From Antedon mediterranea (Eukaryota > Animalia > Echinodermata): a DNA stretch of 64,000 nt. Below the pieces are notes generated by a model. That model did no database searches. It was not told the origin of the DNA and was given only the letters and a program-made list of their open reading frames with translations. Below are positions 61,701-64,000 of this stretch, in pieces (the first letter of the stretch is position 1; every line of letters starts with the position of its first letter). Position numbers and translations under genes: made by a program. The stretch lies in NCBI RefSeq assembly GCF_964355755.1, contig NC_092672.1, forward strand, positions 35,594,437 through 35,658,436, in the 5' to 3' direction.

Positions 61701-62964
61701 TCAACTTTCCTATATTTTTATAGATAGAAAAAGGAAAGATATTTAGGCGGGAACATGAAGTCAAAATGTTTTGCTGGATGTGTACGTTGAGGCAACTATA
61801 TTTCGTTTATTCAGTAAAGCATGTCTTTTTTTTCTACAGAAAAAGTTTAAAGGGGTTTTCGCCGATTAGATTGCTCCGTGTCTATCCTAACGAGCTGATA
61901 CAAACTCAAACTTACACCGAAACAGCTCAACCCAATGGGGAACCATGGATAAAACCTGCGAACACGTGCGCTGTCATCGGAAACTCTGGAATCCTGCAGG
62001 GGAGTAATTGCGGATTGGAAATTGATGCGCATGATCACGTGTTTCGTTCAAATATGGCGCCACTGGAAGGTTTCCAGAAAGATGTTGGAACAAGAACAAG
62101 TTTAGTAACAATAAACAATCAAGAGGGAAGACATTACGGCTGGTGCTCACAAAATAAAAATGATAGCTGTTACAAAACGATATATCGTTATCTGAACAAT
62201 TTGAATAATTCCACTATTATATGGGTGACAAAAGCAAGCGCTTGGTCTCCCAAGATGGATATTGTCAATGTCATGCGCACATTCAAGCCAAGCATTGTAT
62301 TAGCACGACCAAGTAAATCACTTAGACAGTCGATTGCGAGGTAATCTACAATATACATATTTGGGCACATCACTACCATATTTGGGCACATCCCTACCAC
62401 ATTTGGGCACATCAACAAATTTTTTGGTCAAATTGATTAGTTTGGACAGATCTTTAGTACCGTACTTTTTATAAAGAAAAGAATGAATTGAAGTCGAAGA
62501 TCACACCGAGCCGACACATTGAGCTCAATGTGAACGTTCAGCCTAACTACAGGTTTCCACAGGACAATATAAGTAGTCCCCAACCGGGTTTCTTTGCCTT
62601 GCCGCGCAAGCACGGGGAAGGCCAATATTGAATATACTAATGGAAAATAGGCATATAAGGCGCCCACTTGGATAAAACAAAATTCTTTCGTTTTTTTAGG
62701 AGGTGGAAAATTTCATCGCCATCGTCGGGCCTTTACGTATTTTCGCTTGCTGGAAATATGTGTAGTAAAGTATCATTGTATGGATTTTACCCTTTCAATC
62801 AAACAGCCGAAGGGAAACCCGTCACGTACCATTATTACGGAAACGCATCTTTTAAAAATGGACACCACATGCCAGAGGAATTTAAAGTTTTAAAACAGCT
62901 GAATGCGTCTGGTGTTATTAGGTTGGTTACATCGCATTGTAATCATCATCCTAAAACATTCTGA
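58742..62964 (+). CDS. ST8Sia-like alpha-2,8-sialyltransferase (GT29), copy C, intact, 292 aa
   Basis: Exons 58742-58854, 61840-62340, 62700-62964 total 879 nt in frame; N-terminal TM anchor; sialylmotifs L, S, III and VS; C-terminal Cys. Confidence 0.9.
59512..59863 (+). mobile_element. Deu/Nin-type tRNA SINE, full length
   Basis: TGGCCGAGCGG A box, GGTTCGAGGCC B box, Deu-like core, (AAAAT)n tail. Confidence 0.85.
60843..61155. repeat. Palindromic 23-bp minisatellite
   Basis: GGTTCCCAAGTTGGAACCAAGCTATT units; its 3' part is paralogous to 39310-39466. Confidence 0.95.
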
Positions 62965-63416
62965 CGTCATATAGGCCTACAAGTTGTTAATTAATTAACC
63001 TGTTCATTGGACGCACAACACAACGACGTAGCCACAACGCAAGTGAGTTGACACAAGTGATAATACATGATTCATCATGTCCTGATTGGTCAAATTACTT
63101 GAGTGCGCTTAAGTACTTGAGTGCGCTTAAGTACTTGCGTTCACCAGTGGAAAGAAAAGCGTTTGTATAAAAAATGGTGCACAAAGAAACAGGAAAGTTA
63201 GTACATAAAAAGATGTCCTCCGGTGAAAAATACTCTGTAACAATTTGTTTTAATAGGCTATTTAGTGTTGGCTAAACACAAGACAGAAAATAGAAAAATA
63301 AATACAAATGTACGTGTCTAATTTTAACAATTGCTTTTTTTATTTAAAACTTCATTAATCGTTCATTAAACATGTTGCATTTTTCTATTCAAGTTAAACT
63401 ATTAAAATATATCTAA

Positions 63417-63569
63417 AGTTTGGTTCCCACTAGGACGCAATGACGTTAGCGCAACGCGAGCGAGTTGACCATATGACACGCGAAAGTTAATGATCTATCG
63501 TGTCGTGATTGGTCAAATTACTTGCGTTTCCCTTACGTCCTTATGCTGCGTCCTAGTGGGAATCAAGCT
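63417..63569. mobile_element. Harbinger-type palindromic MITE copy
   Basis: TAA|AGTTTGGTTCCCACTAGG...CCTAGTGGGAATCAAGCT|TAA. Confidence 0.8.
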
Positions 63570-64000
63570 TAATGACCAGGGCGGCGCGATAGATCATCCT
63601 AGTCGCTTCTGATTGGTTAACTCGTTTGCGTTTTGTTATTATGACGTCCTTGCGTCCTGGAAACCAAGCATATGATTTGGTCTCGGTGCTCCGATCCTAA
63701 AAACCCTCTTGAACAATAAACGCCCGGGTAGTTTATTCAAATAAATATCGGTATGCAGATGTCCTAACTAGATCACCGAGCGGTTTAGAATGTGGTGTCT
63801 GTTAATTTAGCTCTAGTTAATTTACACGTTGTTGTAAGTACTGTCAAAGAATATATATCACAAGAATGAGTAATCCGCGGTTTTCCCTGTAACAGTAATA
63901 TTGTCCACAGAGCCATATAGAGAGAGTTACGGCATTGCGTTCAAGGATTTTAGAAAGTCACGTGGTGTGCACGCCGGCCATGTTTGTGTCCAACTATGCC

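Larger units (their letters stand above)
57885..63890 (+). repeat. Segmental duplication unit 2
   Basis: Colinear with 36490-43031 apart from copy-specific insertions. Confidence 0.9.

Overview
AT-rich, intron-containing animal genomic DNA; the gene and repeat content suggests a marine deuterostome such as an echinoderm (inference). There are three gene blocks. (1) 1-12.6 kb, minus strand: a tandem array of DHRS11-like short-chain dehydrogenases, with three complete 7-exon copies and exon 1 of a fourth. (2) 15.9-21.7 kb, minus strand: a 9-coding-exon SLC43A3-like MFS transporter with candidate 5'UTR exons near 24.6 and 27.9 kb. (3) 29-64 kb, plus strand: a birth-and-death cluster of ST8Sia-like (GT29) sialyltransferases, with one intact 292-aa gene, one copy that lost its exon-1 donor, one pseudogene, orphan anchor/stem exons and 3' remnants, largely explained by a ~6.5 kb segmental duplication. 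The window is rich in transposons: a triple-nested LINE stack (43-53 kb, junctions resolved to the base), a four-layer nest at 30.7-36.4 kb (minisatellite > octamer-rich foldback element > Deu-SINE > Kolobok), two Helitrons, HINE/Helentron-type elements, several MITE and SINE families, and palindromic 24-bp minisatellites that appear to be built from MITE termini. No prokaryotic system and no CRISPR array is present. I found no clear-cut new system; the best leads are modular phase-compatible sialyltransferase exons, exon-restricted homogenisation of the DHRS11 paralogs and MITE-derived satellites. All exon models were derived by eye from GT-AG boundaries and reading-frame continuity, without transcript evidence.
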